64,000 bases of DNA, from IMG/VR virus record IMGVR_UViG_3300044260_000037, positions 5,554-69,553 of that record; one strand, given 5' to 3'. Numbering within the stretch: position 1 is the stretch's first letter; the number at the start of each line of letters is the position of its first letter. Below are positions 39,003 to 49,180 of the stretch, in pieces. Made by a program: the position numbers and the translations under genes. The notes under the pieces were generated by a model that saw nothing but the letters and a program-made list of their open reading frames with translations, was not told the origin of the DNA and did no database searches. Source of the DNA: a virus.

Positions 39003-39910
39003 ATATTTTAATGGATAGTTATCCGCATTATGATTACATGATCGCAACTATCAGTCAGGGTTTGCAGAAACTAGGACATACTGTCGTTGGACGATATAGC
39101 AATAGACATAACTATTGTCAGGCAGAGCCTACGGCGACGTATGACCTTTTCATTCAATGCCAAGCTGGCTTTGATCCTATTCCTGGAATGCCGAGCGTCA
39201 TGTTGTGGGGCGAAGATGCCGGGATGGATTGGCGCCGTTCTTTGCCAAAGGGCTTTCAGGCTATATTTGTGCGGGATTATGCCGGCGGCGGACCCGCCCA
39301 TGTCTTCCCTATTAACTTCGGCGTAGAGGAACGATATCTCTGCATAGACAGGAAGATACGAAAGCTCGGCATCAGACAACGTCCTATTGATATCGGCTTC
39401 TGGGGTAACATCGACACCCCTAGTCGCATTGAGTGCTGCAAAGCTATTCGGGAGCGGTTCATACATGGGTATAATATCAAACTTGAAGGACAGGTGTTTA
39501 ACGAACCTGACATTTATTGGAGCCGATGGACCGGAACCTACAGGCCCCACGATCCAAATTACTTTGCAGCGTTGGCGAACTCCAAAGTCCTGGTTAGCTT
39601 CGCAGGCCACGGCCCAGACTGCGGCAGGCATTGGGAGATTCTAAGTGCAGGCGCAGTCTGCCTTATTGAGGATATGGGGACAATTCTTTGCCCCCCGGCT
39701 CCCGTGGATAGTAGGCATTGCTTTTTCTTCAAGACACCGGCGCAGCTTCTCGGCCATATTAGTAATATCCTTGCCGACCCTATTCAATACCAGCACATAG
39801 CTGACAATGGGCGTAATGCAGCGCAAGGCGTATTCGCTACTCGTTCGCGGGCGAAATACCTGCTCAAGACATTGGTTGAAATCAAAGTGATTAAGGGAGG
39901 GTTACTATGA
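38999..39910 (+). CDS. Glycosyltransferase-like protein (CgeB/Glyco_trans_1_2-like)
   Basis: RPIDIGFWG, YFAALANSKVLVS, RHWEILSAGA, IADNG; GGAGG is 8 nt before ATG 38999. Confidence 0.7.
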   Translation: MNILMDSYPHYDYMIATISQGLQKLGHTVVGRYSNRHNYCQAEPTATYDLFIQCQAGFDPIPGMPSVMLWGEDAGMDWRRSLPKGFQAIFVRDYAGGGPAHVFPINFGVEERYLCIDRKIRKLGIRQRPIDIGFWGNIDTPSRIECCKAIRERFIHGYNIKLEGQVFNEPDIYWSRWTGTYRPHDPNYFAALANSKVLVSFAGHGPDCGRHWEILSAGAVCLIEDMGTILCPPAPVDSRHCFFFKTPAQLLGHISNILADPIQYQHIADNGRNAAQGVFATRSRAKYLLKTLVEIKVIKGGLL

Positions 39911-40389
39911 AGGTCGTTTCTAAACTATGGGCAGAGCTTGCTCCATGGTCAAGGGCCACATATGGGTCTATCAAGATCTGTTTTAGTGGTGGTTTAATCC
40001 TCATATCCAGGGTCCCGGAGGGCATCAAGGCTGCCACCATTACCGAAAGCGAGAAGAAGCGACTAGCTCGGCTTTTAGGCAGGTTAGGCGATGAAACCGG
40101 CGGGCTTCGACTGCTCAGTCTCTTTGGTGCTTCTCGAGAAGATGACGAACAGTTCTTTTGGCTCGAATACAAGAAGGCGGATCTTAGATATGCCATCAAG
40201 CCGGACTATCTCAATATGGTTGCAGAGATGTTTCCTAATGCCAAGCTATACGGGAAGCCCGGAAGCAAGTTCGTTCGAGTACTAGGCGGGCCGAAAAACA
40301 AGAGCCCGTATCCAAATAACTTGGTTGCAGTCATACTGCCTATAAAGGATGCGGACCCTGAAAAGATCAAAGAAGTGTTCAAGGACTGA
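39907..40389 (+). CDS. Hypothetical protein
   Basis: GGAGGG RBS; 160 aa. Confidence 0.6.
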   Translation: MKVVSKLWAELAPWSRATYGSIKICFSGGLILISRVPEGIKAATITESEKKRLARLLGRLGDETGGLRLLSLFGASREDDEQFFWLEYKKADLRYAIKPDYLNMVAEMFPNAKLYGKPGSKFVRVLGGPKNKSPYPNNLVAVILPIKDADPEKIKEVFKD

Positions 40390-43300
40390 ATGTCCTTTGT
40401 ATGGGAGTGTCGAGGTTCCCTATTTCGGACATGCGGCTGCAGAGGTTATATTCGTAGGGGAGTCTCCGGGTCGTGAAGAGGAAAACGCCACGCCTCCCCG
40501 GCCTTTTATCGGCCGTGCCGGAAAGCTTCTCAGAAAGGGCCTGTTACGACTCGGCGCACCGCCCGGGCGGTTCGTCTTTGTCAATTCTGCCCGCTGTCTT
40601 ATCAACAAGAAGCGGATGTCCGCAGACGAAATCAAGAAGACCCTCACGTATTGTCGCTTCCCCCTGGTTAGCTATTTCAAACGGCAGAAGCCAAAGCTCT
40701 TGGTCATCCTTGGCGAGTATGCCCTTAATCAAGTCCTGCGGCTCGAAAAAATATCCAAGTACCGGGGCAAGCTTGTCTGGAGTACTGAATTCAACTGCTG
40801 GTGCCTTCCCACGTATCATCCCGCTTATATTCTAAGATCACCGCACAAGGAGCCAATATTCCTTGGCGATCTCAAGGAAGCCTTAGTCTTTGTCAATGCT
40901 GGATTCAAACCGAATAACGATTTGGACTTTGAATCAGGAGAGGTCCAAAGCATCCGGCCCCTGTTGAACCTAGCTAAGACAGAAGTTGTCCGGGCCGGCG
41001 CCGACACGGAGACACAAGGCCTCGACTATATGGATCCGAAGAATTTCCTCATTTCTTGGTCTGTCTCATGGGCGGACAGCAAAGGCTGGCAGATATTCAT
41101 TCATGAACGATGCTCTGCGGAAGAAGCGGAGTTTTTCTACGATCCCCAGGTTGGAAGTCTCGGGTTCAAGATCCCTGTCAAGCGGGCAAAGAACTTCGAT
41201 CAGAAGATGCGGCAGTTGAGGGAGTTTTGCGAAAACCCCCGGATCTTGAAGATATTCCACAATGCTAATTATGACCTGCACCATATAACGGCACTTTTCA
41301 AAAGGTATGGCCTTGCTCCCCCGGAATACTCAGGGATTGCAATGGACACTCAAGCAGCGGCGCATACCCTAGACCCCGCCACCTATGTCAGGACTTCATT
41401 GGAAACCTTGCAGCGTGACTTTGATGACAAGGCAAGCCTATGGAAAAAAGAGTCAGGAATAGACAAGACTTTGGTCATTCAGGCGAATCGTGAGGCCCTT
41501 ACTACCTATGCTTGTCTTTCTAAAGATTCGGTAATTCGCATGGCTGATGGAAGCAGTACGCCCATTCGCAGACTTGTAAGCAACAAGTCAACAAAGGAAG
41601 TTTTAAGCTATAATGAACAAACGAAGCAATTTGAAGCAAAGAAAATTAATGGGTGGTTTAGAATCGTAACTTCGCATCGGATTAGTTGGTTTAAGGTTCG
41701 TACTGGCATTACTCGAAATGGCCGCGGCGGCTTGCTCGCAGCAAGATATACGGAAGATCATAGGTTGCTGACTGCACAAGGATGGAAAGAAGTACGAGAA
41801 CTCGTTCCTGGAGATCGGCTTGTTACGCCGTTTGTGTCCCTTTCTCCAGAGCAGCGACAAATTGTGCTTGGCGGGTTGCTCGGAGACAGTGGTTTAGAAA
41901 GCAAACGTAAGAGTGGCTTTGCCGCCTTGAAAATGGGTCATTGTAAAAAGCAATGGTCGTACCTTGAGTGGAAAACTTCTTTTTTCAAAGATATGTTACG
42001 AGTTGGTGAAATAAGAAATCCACGAAATTCTATTATTAATGGCTACGCTGCAAAGACAACTGCATATAAAATGACAAAAACGGCCTACCACCCAGAACTT
42101 GGTGATTTGTTTGCTGCAACTTATGCTGCCAAAGGTAAACGCCACCTTTCGACGTGGGTTGACGAACTCACGCCTCTTGGCCTCGCAGTTTGGTATATGG
42201 ATGACGGAACCCTCGTAGGCCGCCATACTAATTCTAAGTCAATTAGATTTTATACACTGGCTTTTCCTATTTCGGAAGTTGAACACCTAATTGCCATGTT
42301 TAGCCGAAAGTTTGGTATTACTGCTGGGTTTTATTTAGAATCTCGGTATAAACGACCAGTTCTTACCGTAAACACAGATGAGTGCCATCGAGTATTATTT
42401 GGACTTTTAGCCCCATATATACATCCATGTCTTTCCTATAAGTTGCCCTATTCCTATCAAGGACAATTTTCTTTGCCAAGCCCTTCTTTCTTTGTTCCTG
42501 TGCCTTATCAAACAGAAGTGAAGGCGGTTGAGCGGGCACCCGTATCTGAAAGTAGACGAGGATATAGTTTTGTTCAGTATTGTATTGGTGTCGAAGACAA
42601 TCATAACTTTTGTACCCAAAATGAAATTGCAAAAAACTGTGGCGACTCAGTTTTCACCCGAAAAGTCGGCCTTATTCTGAAGGAGAAGCTTTCCCAAGAC
42701 ACCCGGCTCGCTCATTACTTCCGCCGGCTCGTCATGCCGGTAGAAATTCATTCCCTGCGTACATTGGAAGAAAATGGGGTGTATGTAGATCGAGAAGCCC
42801 TCCGAACCACAAGGGCCGAAATCCTTGAAACTCTAAAGCGAGCAGAAGCCGATGCGATATCAAGAGTCCCCGCTAGGATTCGTGAGAGCCACGCTACGGC
42901 ATTATCGCTATCCAGGGGGGATCTTATAAGGGACACTCTGTTTTCAACGTCAGGCTTCGATTTGACCCCGCCTGAAGAGACCGCCTCTGGACGGTTCAGT
43001 GTCAACAAAGAAGCCCGTGCTAAACTAAAGGCCATGAAGGGGCTGCCGAAGGAGGCTTTGGAGTTCCTTCTGGCCTATGAAGAGTGGCAAGAGTGGAATA
43101 ACTTCCAAAGCCGAAACATACCACAAATGGCTTCATTCATTAGATCCGATGGCCGGATGCACTCAAACTTCGCCATGTGTGTTGCCGTCACTGGAAGAAT
43201 CTCTTCAAGTTCCCCGAACCTTTTGAACTTGCCCAAGAGATCTGCGAGAGGCAAGCTAATCAAGCGACTGATCGTTCCTGAACGTCCGGGGTGGTCTATC

Positions 43301-44056
43301 CTGGAGATAGATCTTTCGCAAGCAGAATTGCGCTGGTTGGCGCAGCTTTCAGGTGATCGAGAGCTTGTCAAGGTATATCAGAATGGAGACGATATACACC
43401 TACGCACAGCAAAAGCAATGGTGGCTGCCAGCAAGAAGACCTGGGAGGAGCTTTCCAAAGACGAACAAGAGAGGCAACGTACCTTCGCCAAACCAAGCAA
43501 TTTTGGCCTAATCTATGGCGCAGGTCCGAAAGGCTTTTCAGATTATGCCCTCACAGCCTTTGGCGTAAAGTTTTCTATCGAGAAAGCAAAACGTATTCGT
43601 AAAGTGTTTTTTGACACTTATCCCGGCATTGCAGACTACCATGAGCGGCTCGTCAAACAATGCAAGAAGATGCGGTTCGTCCTATATAGTCCGCTTGGCC
43701 GCAAATGGACTATTTCTCTACTCGGATCGGAAGACCTCGGTGACTACGGCGAAGGCGAGCGCCGGGTAAAGAATTATCCTATACAGAGCGCAAGCTCGGA
43801 CACCGTCCTGCTTTGCTTGGCGAACATGCTTAAAGACAAAGCATTAGACCCCACGGAATGCATCCCGATTCTTTTTGTCCATGATTCTTTGCTTTTGGAG
43901 GTGAAGGACGAGAAGGTTGAATACTATGCAGCCCTCGTGAAGTCCTACCTAGAGAACCCCCCACTTAAGCAATTTGGAATAGACCTCATAGTCCCATTTG
44001 TTGCAGACTGCGCCGCCGGTCCTAATGCGGCGTCCACCATTAAAATAAACATTTGA
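40349..44056 (+). CDS. polA: Family A DNA polymerase with N-terminal uracil-DNA-glycosylase-like domain and an intein
   Basis: UDG motifs VGESPG and YHPAY; exonuclease DTET and HNANYD; polymerase TGRISS, DLSQAELR, R..AKPSNFGLIYG, NYPIQS, VHDS. Confidence 0.93.
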   Translation: MRTLKRSKKCSRTECPLYGSVEVPYFGHAAAEVIFVGESPGREEENATPPRPFIGRAGKLLRKGLLRLGAPPGRFVFVNSARCLINKKRMSADEIKKTLTYCRFPLVSYFKRQKPKLLVILGEYALNQVLRLEKISKYRGKLVWSTEFNCWCLPTYHPAYILRSPHKEPIFLGDLKEALVFVNAGFKPNNDLDFESGEVQSIRPLLNLAKTEVVRAGADTETQGLDYMDPKNFLISWSVSWADSKGWQIFIHERCSAEEAEFFYDPQVGSLGFKIPVKRAKNFDQKMRQLREFCENPRILKIFHNANYDLHHITALFKRYGLAPPEYSGIAMDTQAAAHTLDPATYVRTSLETLQRDFDDKASLWKKESGIDKTLVIQANREALTTYACLSKDSVIRMADGSSTPIRRLVSNKSTKEVLSYNEQTKQFEAKKINGWFRIVTSHRISWFKVRTGITRNGRGGLLAARYTEDHRLLTAQGWKEVRELVPGDRLVTPFVSLSPEQRQIVLGGLLGDSGLESKRKSGFAALKMGHCKKQWSYLEWKTSFFKDMLRVGEIRNPRNSIINGYAAKTTAYKMTKTAYHPELGDLFAATYAAKGKRHLSTWVDELTPLGLAVWYMDDGTLVGRHTNSKSIRFYTLAFPISEVEHLIAMFSRKFGITAGFYLESRYKRPVLTVNTDECHRVLFGLLAPYIHPCLSYKLPYSYQGQFSLPSPSFFVPVPYQTEVKAVERAPVSESRRGYSFVQYCIGVEDNHNFCTQNEIAKNCGDSVFTRKVGLILKEKLSQDTRLAHYFRRLVMPVEIHSLRTLEENGVYVDREALRTTRAEILETLKRAEADAISRVPARIRESHATALSLSRGDLIRDTLFSTSGFDLTPPEETASGRFSVNKEARAKLKAMKGLPKEALEFLLAYEEWQEWNNFQSRNIPQMASFIRSDGRMHSNFAMCVAVTGRISSSSPNLLNLPKRSARGKLIKRLIVPERPGWSILEIDLSQAELRWLAQLSGDRELVKVYQNGDDIHLRTAKAMVAASKKTWEELSKDEQERQRTFAKPSNFGLIYGAGPKGFSDYALTAFGVKFSIEKAKRIRKVFFDTYPGIADYHERLVKQCKKMRFVLYSPLGRKWTISLLGSEDLGDYGEGERRVKNYPIQSASSDTVLLCLANMLKDKALDPTECIPILFVHDSLLLEVKDEKVEYYAALVKSYLENPPLKQFGIDLIVPFVADCAAGPNAASTIKINI
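41513..42637 (+). mobile_element. Intein (375 aa) with LAGLIDADG homing endonuclease
   Basis: YA|CLSKDSVIRMADG ... TEDH ... LGGLLGDS ... LAVWYMDDG ... HNFCTQNEIAKN|CGD; removal restores the ExoIII motif YACGD. Confidence 0.9.
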
Positions 44057-44106
44057 CACTAAATGGAAGAAATGGTAGAGCCCTCTCCTAGAGAGGAGAT
44101 CTGACC

Positions 44107-45816
44107 ATGAAACAAAAGGACTTTATCCGCAACTTGAAGGCCTTGATAAAGAAAGAAGAGGCTGTGCAGCTTCATGAGATGACATACTACTCTCGCCAAA
44201 TGGAAGACGATCCCTTCGATGCACTCTATAAAGACCGGAAAGTCCTTCGTCCCCCTTATGACTTCGGCTGGCTCTATCGGCTATATGAAGAGTCAGATAC
44301 GCTCCAGAGCAATGTTGCTTCCAAAGTCCAGAACACCTATGGCGCGGGCTACGACCTGGATTATAAAGGCGAGGATGCAGATAGGAAGCCGGCAGTAGCC
44401 ACGGACGAAAAGGACTTTTTGGAAAACTTCTTTGAGGAACCGAACGACGATGACTCCTGGCTAGAATTGACCTCAAACGCCGGAGAGGACGAATGCGTCC
44501 TGGGACAGATGGGAATAGAATTTGTTCGTAACCGTCAAGAGGAGGTATTCCTGGCCTTTTATCATCCCATGAAAGACCTGCGGATGGTCCCTATTGATAA
44601 CAGCCAAGACCGGGTGGTTGAAAACGTCACCATTAGACGAGGCAAGCAAGAAATCACTTATGAAACGGTCAAGACATATCGCCGGTATGTAAGGCTGCTT
44701 CGCAACGGCACTCTGCGGTATTATAAGTCCTTTGGCGACAAACGCCCCATGGGGCAGGATGGGTCCCGGCCCGGCGTCAAACAGAAAAAGGAGGCCTCAG
44801 AGCTATGGTGGATCAAACGCAACTTTGGTGGCCTTTCCTATGGACTCCCTGAATATATTGGTTCCACCTTCGACATTTCCGGTAGGCGCAACGCACAAGC
44901 AATCAACTGGGATCTGATGCGCTCCCAAGGCCTCCCCCCGGTCATCTTCATGGTCGAAGGCGAATTGACCGACGATTCCTGGGACGATCTTTGGAACATG
45001 GTCCTTGGCGCTCGGGGAACAGAGAATTTCAACAAGGTATGGGTCCTTCAGGTTAAGCCTTCCCCGACAGCATTGAACCAACAAGGCAAGGCCTCAATCA
45101 AGATGGAGTCCATTTCCAATGCTCGCGGCACCGACCAGATGTTCTCAGAATATCTTCAAGGCACCGATGACCGCAGTTCCGGCGGCTTTCGGATTCCCCC
45201 GGCATTCAGAGGCAAAGCCACAGATTACTCGTACGGTACGATGCAAGTCTCTAAGCAGATTGGCGAGGAACAGGTCTTTGGCCCGCATAAGATCAAATGG
45301 GCGAAGAAAATCAATCGCCGACTATTCCGGCGCGAGTGGGGCATTGAATATTGGGAATATAAAGGCAAGTCCATGGAGATTGCGGGGCCGCAAGAGATCC
45401 GCGACTTTATCTCGGCGCTCACGGCAGCCGGCGCTCTTTCAATCAATAACGCAATCCTGCTTGCAAACTCAGCCCTTGGCCGGAACTTCTCGACATTCAA
45501 AGACCCATGGGCCAATTATCCTATTCAGTTGCTCTTGCCGATACTCAACCGCGAGACCCTAGCCGGAATGGAGAACATATCAACGCCGACCCCCTCCGCC
45601 CAGGCTGCCTTGCCTCCCGGCCAGCAACAGCAATTGCAACTGCCTCCCGGCGCGACCAAGGCAGACACGATCACGATTCTAGAGGCACTCAAGACGACCA
45701 AGGATATACTGGGCATGTTCAACAAGAATGACAATCATACCATTGAAGTTATTTCGCCCAAGAAGCGAGGCAATCCCCATAAAGGGCCTCGCGGTCGGTT
45801 TGTGAGCAAGAAATGA
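44107..45816 (+). CDS. Phage portal protein
   Basis: PPYD..L..L.E.S N-terminus, YGLPEYIG, FRIPP..G..DY motifs; followed by a MuF gene. Confidence 0.8.
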   Translation: MKQKDFIRNLKALIKKEEAVQLHEMTYYSRQMEDDPFDALYKDRKVLRPPYDFGWLYRLYEESDTLQSNVASKVQNTYGAGYDLDYKGEDADRKPAVATDEKDFLENFFEEPNDDDSWLELTSNAGEDECVLGQMGIEFVRNRQEEVFLAFYHPMKDLRMVPIDNSQDRVVENVTIRRGKQEITYETVKTYRRYVRLLRNGTLRYYKSFGDKRPMGQDGSRPGVKQKKEASELWWIKRNFGGLSYGLPEYIGSTFDISGRRNAQAINWDLMRSQGLPPVIFMVEGELTDDSWDDLWNMVLGARGTENFNKVWVLQVKPSPTALNQQGKASIKMESISNARGTDQMFSEYLQGTDDRSSGGFRIPPAFRGKATDYSYGTMQVSKQIGEEQVFGPHKIKWAKKINRRLFRREWGIEYWEYKGKSMEIAGPQEIRDFISALTAAGALSINNAILLANSALGRNFSTFKDPWANYPIQLLLPILNRETLAGMENISTPTPSAQAALPPGQQQQLQLPPGATKADTITILEALKTTKDILGMFNKNDNHTIEVISPKKRGNPHKGPRGRFVSKK

Positions 45817-47912
45817 TTATTGCCCTGCCGGACCGATACTTCCATAAGCTCAACGACCGGGAGCTAGCTGCACTTGCAGTAGCTCAGATGTCCGGCTTCG
45901 GTCCTACCGTCTTGCCTGTTAGTTTTATCAAAGCTGCAAGTCATTTGCCTCCGCAGGCAGCAGAAGCCGCCACCTTGACGGCTGCACTCCAGAAGACATG
46001 GCTCGGGGTAACAGTCCGGTATAGAAAGCTAATTGAAGCGGCATTCAAAGCAGATGGCACAGTTGATCTTGCTAAACTCAAGGCAGCAGAGAAGGCCCTG
46101 CCCAGTATTCAAAAGATCTTAGTCAAAGAGATCCGGCCCGAGGTCAGTAAAATACTGCTCGCCACGGCCAGCAATGCTCGTGAGTATTTCATAGACCAAG
46201 CAAAACGGCTCCACAAGGTTGATATACAGAAGGCCACGAATGACTTTGATGCCCTTTTCGCAGAACGGTATTCTGATCATATTGCCTCGTTCATGGAGTC
46301 GTATCCCGAACGGCGCATACACCCAGAGATAGACCGGCTCGTCAAGTTCCTTGAAGCGAACCCAGAAACTCGCGGAGCAGAATTGGATGAACTCAAATTC
46401 CAGCTTCGGCGGGTTACCTCTGCTAAGGGTTATTCTGAAGAAATGGGCCTTGTGGGCGCAGCCAGAATATGGAATGCCACCGGCTTGCAGATGGCTAGAG
46501 AGGGCGGTGCTTCTAGCTATATGTCCATGAGCCAGAATGATTGGAGCGGAGGTAAGAAAGGGGTTTGCCCCGTTTGCTGGTTCCTTCATGGTAAGGTATT
46601 CCGCGCGCCACAGGCAGCGGCTCGATTAAATGATTTCCTCGGCTCGCAAGAAGACCCACAGGCAGCCAGACAGAACTTCCCCTTTCCCCGGTATGATGAA
46701 CTCGATACAGTCAGTTTTGAAGAAATCCGGGATAGAGGATACTTCCCGCCGTATCATCCTCATTGCCGATGTTATGTGGTTCCATTATGGGGTGCAACTC
46801 CTCCGGAGGAGATTCAACAGCCAGAACAGCTTGTTCTTGGCGAACGGATCAAACAGCTTGTCGAAGACTTAGGAGAGAAGTGGGCAGAGATCGCGTCTAA
46901 GCTTCGGCAAGAAGGCTACAGAACACCGAAAGACAGAAATATTACTGCCAAGTATATCGAACGTGTAGCCTCGGCTCCAGAAGAAGGCCCGAAACTCATT
47001 ACCGACCGCAACTTGGTTATTGCACGGCTCAAACAAGAAGTGGCCATGAAGAAACCAGCATATGCTGCACAAATTAGCCTTCAAACAGCAGAAGACATGG
47101 CGAAAGAAGGCTATCGAGATCCCTTTGGCAACGTCCTGGATGCGAAACAGCTTTGGAAGCTCCATGATGTGTATATCTCGAAAGAGTCTCCTGTTGTGGA
47201 TACAAAGTCCTGGCTAGATGAGCGGATGGTCCCGGGCACGAAAGTACAAATCGAGCGCTCACAGCGAGGTAACGGTAACAAAAGTACAGCCGTAGCAGAT
47301 TCCGGCTTGCTTCGGAACATAGAAAACTATGTTGCAGAAGAATGGCCGGAAAACTTCAAAGTCATCGCTGCAGATCAGCCCGATTGGTCCGTTTCTGTGC
47401 TCAAAGGAGGCAAGACAAGCTATTCGAACGAAGATACACAGATTGTTTCCTTTACTAAGGAAGGCGGACAGGCAAACACTACGATTTGTCATGAGATGGT
47501 GCACAATTTAATCGTTCCTAGAGTCTACAAAACTATTGCACCACGGCAGATGCAACAGGAGTTGATAGCACAAGAAGTCCCGTCATATGTTCACGGCAAC
47601 GCTTCTGCGTCGCGTATCCCGCCAGGAAGTCGACCAGATTGGCGAGAGCAACAAGCCTTGTTCAATATGCACGAGTATATGGCTATAACCAGTGAGCAAT
47701 ATATCCAAGGACTGTCCGTAGAAGCAAATGCGGACCGGCTGATTGCACATCAAACAAAGAATGTATGGGGTAACGGCGTAGAACAGAAAGCTAACGATGG
47801 CACAGTCGATTACAGCAAAGGCCGGGTTTATACCAAAGAAGAAGCAATCAAAGCCATTACGCTATTTGAAAAATGGATCAATCAAACAGTGAACGAGATA
47901 TTGCAAGGATGA
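45813..47912 (+). CDS. MuF/SPP1 gp7-like head morphogenesis protein with long C-terminal extension containing HExxH
   Basis: CPVC..LHGK and PPYHPHCRC signature; extension contains HEMVH and a downstream EYMA. Confidence 0.8.
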   Translation: MIIALPDRYFHKLNDRELAALAVAQMSGFGPTVLPVSFIKAASHLPPQAAEAATLTAALQKTWLGVTVRYRKLIEAAFKADGTVDLAKLKAAEKALPSIQKILVKEIRPEVSKILLATASNAREYFIDQAKRLHKVDIQKATNDFDALFAERYSDHIASFMESYPERRIHPEIDRLVKFLEANPETRGAELDELKFQLRRVTSAKGYSEEMGLVGAARIWNATGLQMAREGGASSYMSMSQNDWSGGKKGVCPVCWFLHGKVFRAPQAAARLNDFLGSQEDPQAARQNFPFPRYDELDTVSFEEIRDRGYFPPYHPHCRCYVVPLWGATPPEEIQQPEQLVLGERIKQLVEDLGEKWAEIASKLRQEGYRTPKDRNITAKYIERVASAPEEGPKLITDRNLVIARLKQEVAMKKPAYAAQISLQTAEDMAKEGYRDPFGNVLDAKQLWKLHDVYISKESPVVDTKSWLDERMVPGTKVQIERSQRGNGNKSTAVADSGLLRNIENYVAEEWPENFKVIAADQPDWSVSVLKGGKTSYSNEDTQIVSFTKEGGQANTTICHEMVHNLIVPRVYKTIAPRQMQQELIAQEVPSYVHGNASASRIPPGSRPDWREQQALFNMHEYMAITSEQYIQGLSVEANADRLIAHQTKNVWGNGVEQKANDGTVDYSKGRVYTKEEAIKAITLFEKWINQTVNEILQG

Positions 47913-49180
47913 TAACACTCTCAAAAAAAGTCATGGCATTTGTAAGCGGCGGCGAAGCCTGCCTCTGTTATGTCTGCGCGCATTACCACAGTAAGCCCCG
48001 CTGGAAAGGGGAAACATGCGACGCATTCCCGAAAGGCATTCCTGATGCCTTGTTGTACCTCGAATGGCACCTTAAGCCGTATCCCGGCGATAATGGAATC
48101 ATGTTCGAAGAGAGGATTGCAGAAGTAGAGAAGTTTGATCCAGACGAGCCCCGAGATGAAAAAGGACGGTGGTCTAGGGCCGCCGCAGAACGGCACGATT
48201 CTGTATTTGTCTCGCCGGGCGTAGTTAAAAACGGCGTTCGACAAAAGTTTGCACCGGAAGGCATTCAGCTTACCGTCGAAGGACGAGAATCGTTTTTAGA
48301 AGCCATGTATACAACCAGAGCACAAATAAAGGAAGAGACAGGACAAGAGATATGGTACTCTTCACGATATGCAGAGATTGTAGGAGTTGATGCCAAAGAG
48401 CAAGGCAAAGGCGACGGTTCCAAATTGTTAAATAGAATCTGTGCTATTGCGGATAAAATGGACATTACGTTGATCGGTTCGCCTTTAGGCAAAGGTCGAA
48501 TGAGCAATGAAGACCTTATTAGTTGGTATGGTCGACATGATTTTCATAAGCTTGTAGGCACCGGTAACGATATCATTATGGGGCGCGCTCCGCAAAGTCG
48601 TAAGGACGAGGTGTTTGAAGCCAAGCATCCGAGGGGTGCACATGGTGAGTTTGGAGGAGGAGATATGCCTTCGCCGCCGCCTGCTCCGCCGGAACAATAT
48701 TCAGCCGGTCCGCGCCCCCCAAAAGAGGACAAGGAAGCACTCCAACTGTGGGAACAAGATAGTGCCCGAATTAACAAAGAACTTGGCGACATTCGCGAAG
48801 GCATCTTCCGACGGCAGCTTGAAAAAAAGTATCCCAAAGAAGACGGCTATGAAATCCATGCACAAATTATTCTGCTGGACAATTTGGGGCGTCAGCTTAT
48901 AGACTCTAAAACGAAGGAGTTTCGCAAGATAGACTTTGTAGTCATGAAAGACAACAAGATCATCAAGAGTTATGAAGTTACTTCAGAGTCCAAGAATAAA
49001 AATGCACAGATGGGCAAAGAGGAACGAATCAAGAAAGCCCGGCAAGAGACAGGCGGTAAGCTCTATGCCAGAATCAGAGGCAAGGAAGACTTGGTTGTCT
49101 TCCCTTATAAGGTCAAGACCGTAGTCAAAAGGATCGATCTTCAAAAGTACTTCAAGAAGAGGCTAAAGTATGCGGACTGA
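47909..49180 (+). CDS. Multidomain head-module protein: Cys/His domain + GNAT-like + PD-(D/E)xK-like nuclease
   Basis: CYVCAH..CDAFPKGIP..H..P..GDNGIMFE; QGKGDGSKLL..WYGRHDF; RKIDFVV..SYEVTS. Confidence 0.6.
   Translation: MITLSKKVMAFVSGGEACLCYVCAHYHSKPRWKGETCDAFPKGIPDALLYLEWHLKPYPGDNGIMFEERIAEVEKFDPDEPRDEKGRWSRAAAERHDSVFVSPGVVKNGVRQKFAPEGIQLTVEGRESFLEAMYTTRAQIKEETGQEIWYSSRYAEIVGVDAKEQGKGDGSKLLNRICAIADKMDITLIGSPLGKGRMSNEDLISWYGRHDFHKLVGTGNDIIMGRAPQSRKDEVFEAKHPRGAHGEFGGGDMPSPPPAPPEQYSAGPRPPKEDKEALQLWEQDSARINKELGDIREGIFRRQLEKKYPKEDGYEIHAQIILLDNLGRQLIDSKTKEFRKIDFVVMKDNKIIKSYEVTSESKNKNAQMGKEERIKKARQETGGKLYARIRGKEDLVVFPYKVKTVVKRIDLQKYFKKRLKYAD

Noticed and set aside
44053..44081. Promoters at TTGACA overlapping stop codons (44053; also 23427)
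   Set aside because: Perfect -35 but poor -10 boxes (TAGAGC, TACAAG); too weak to call
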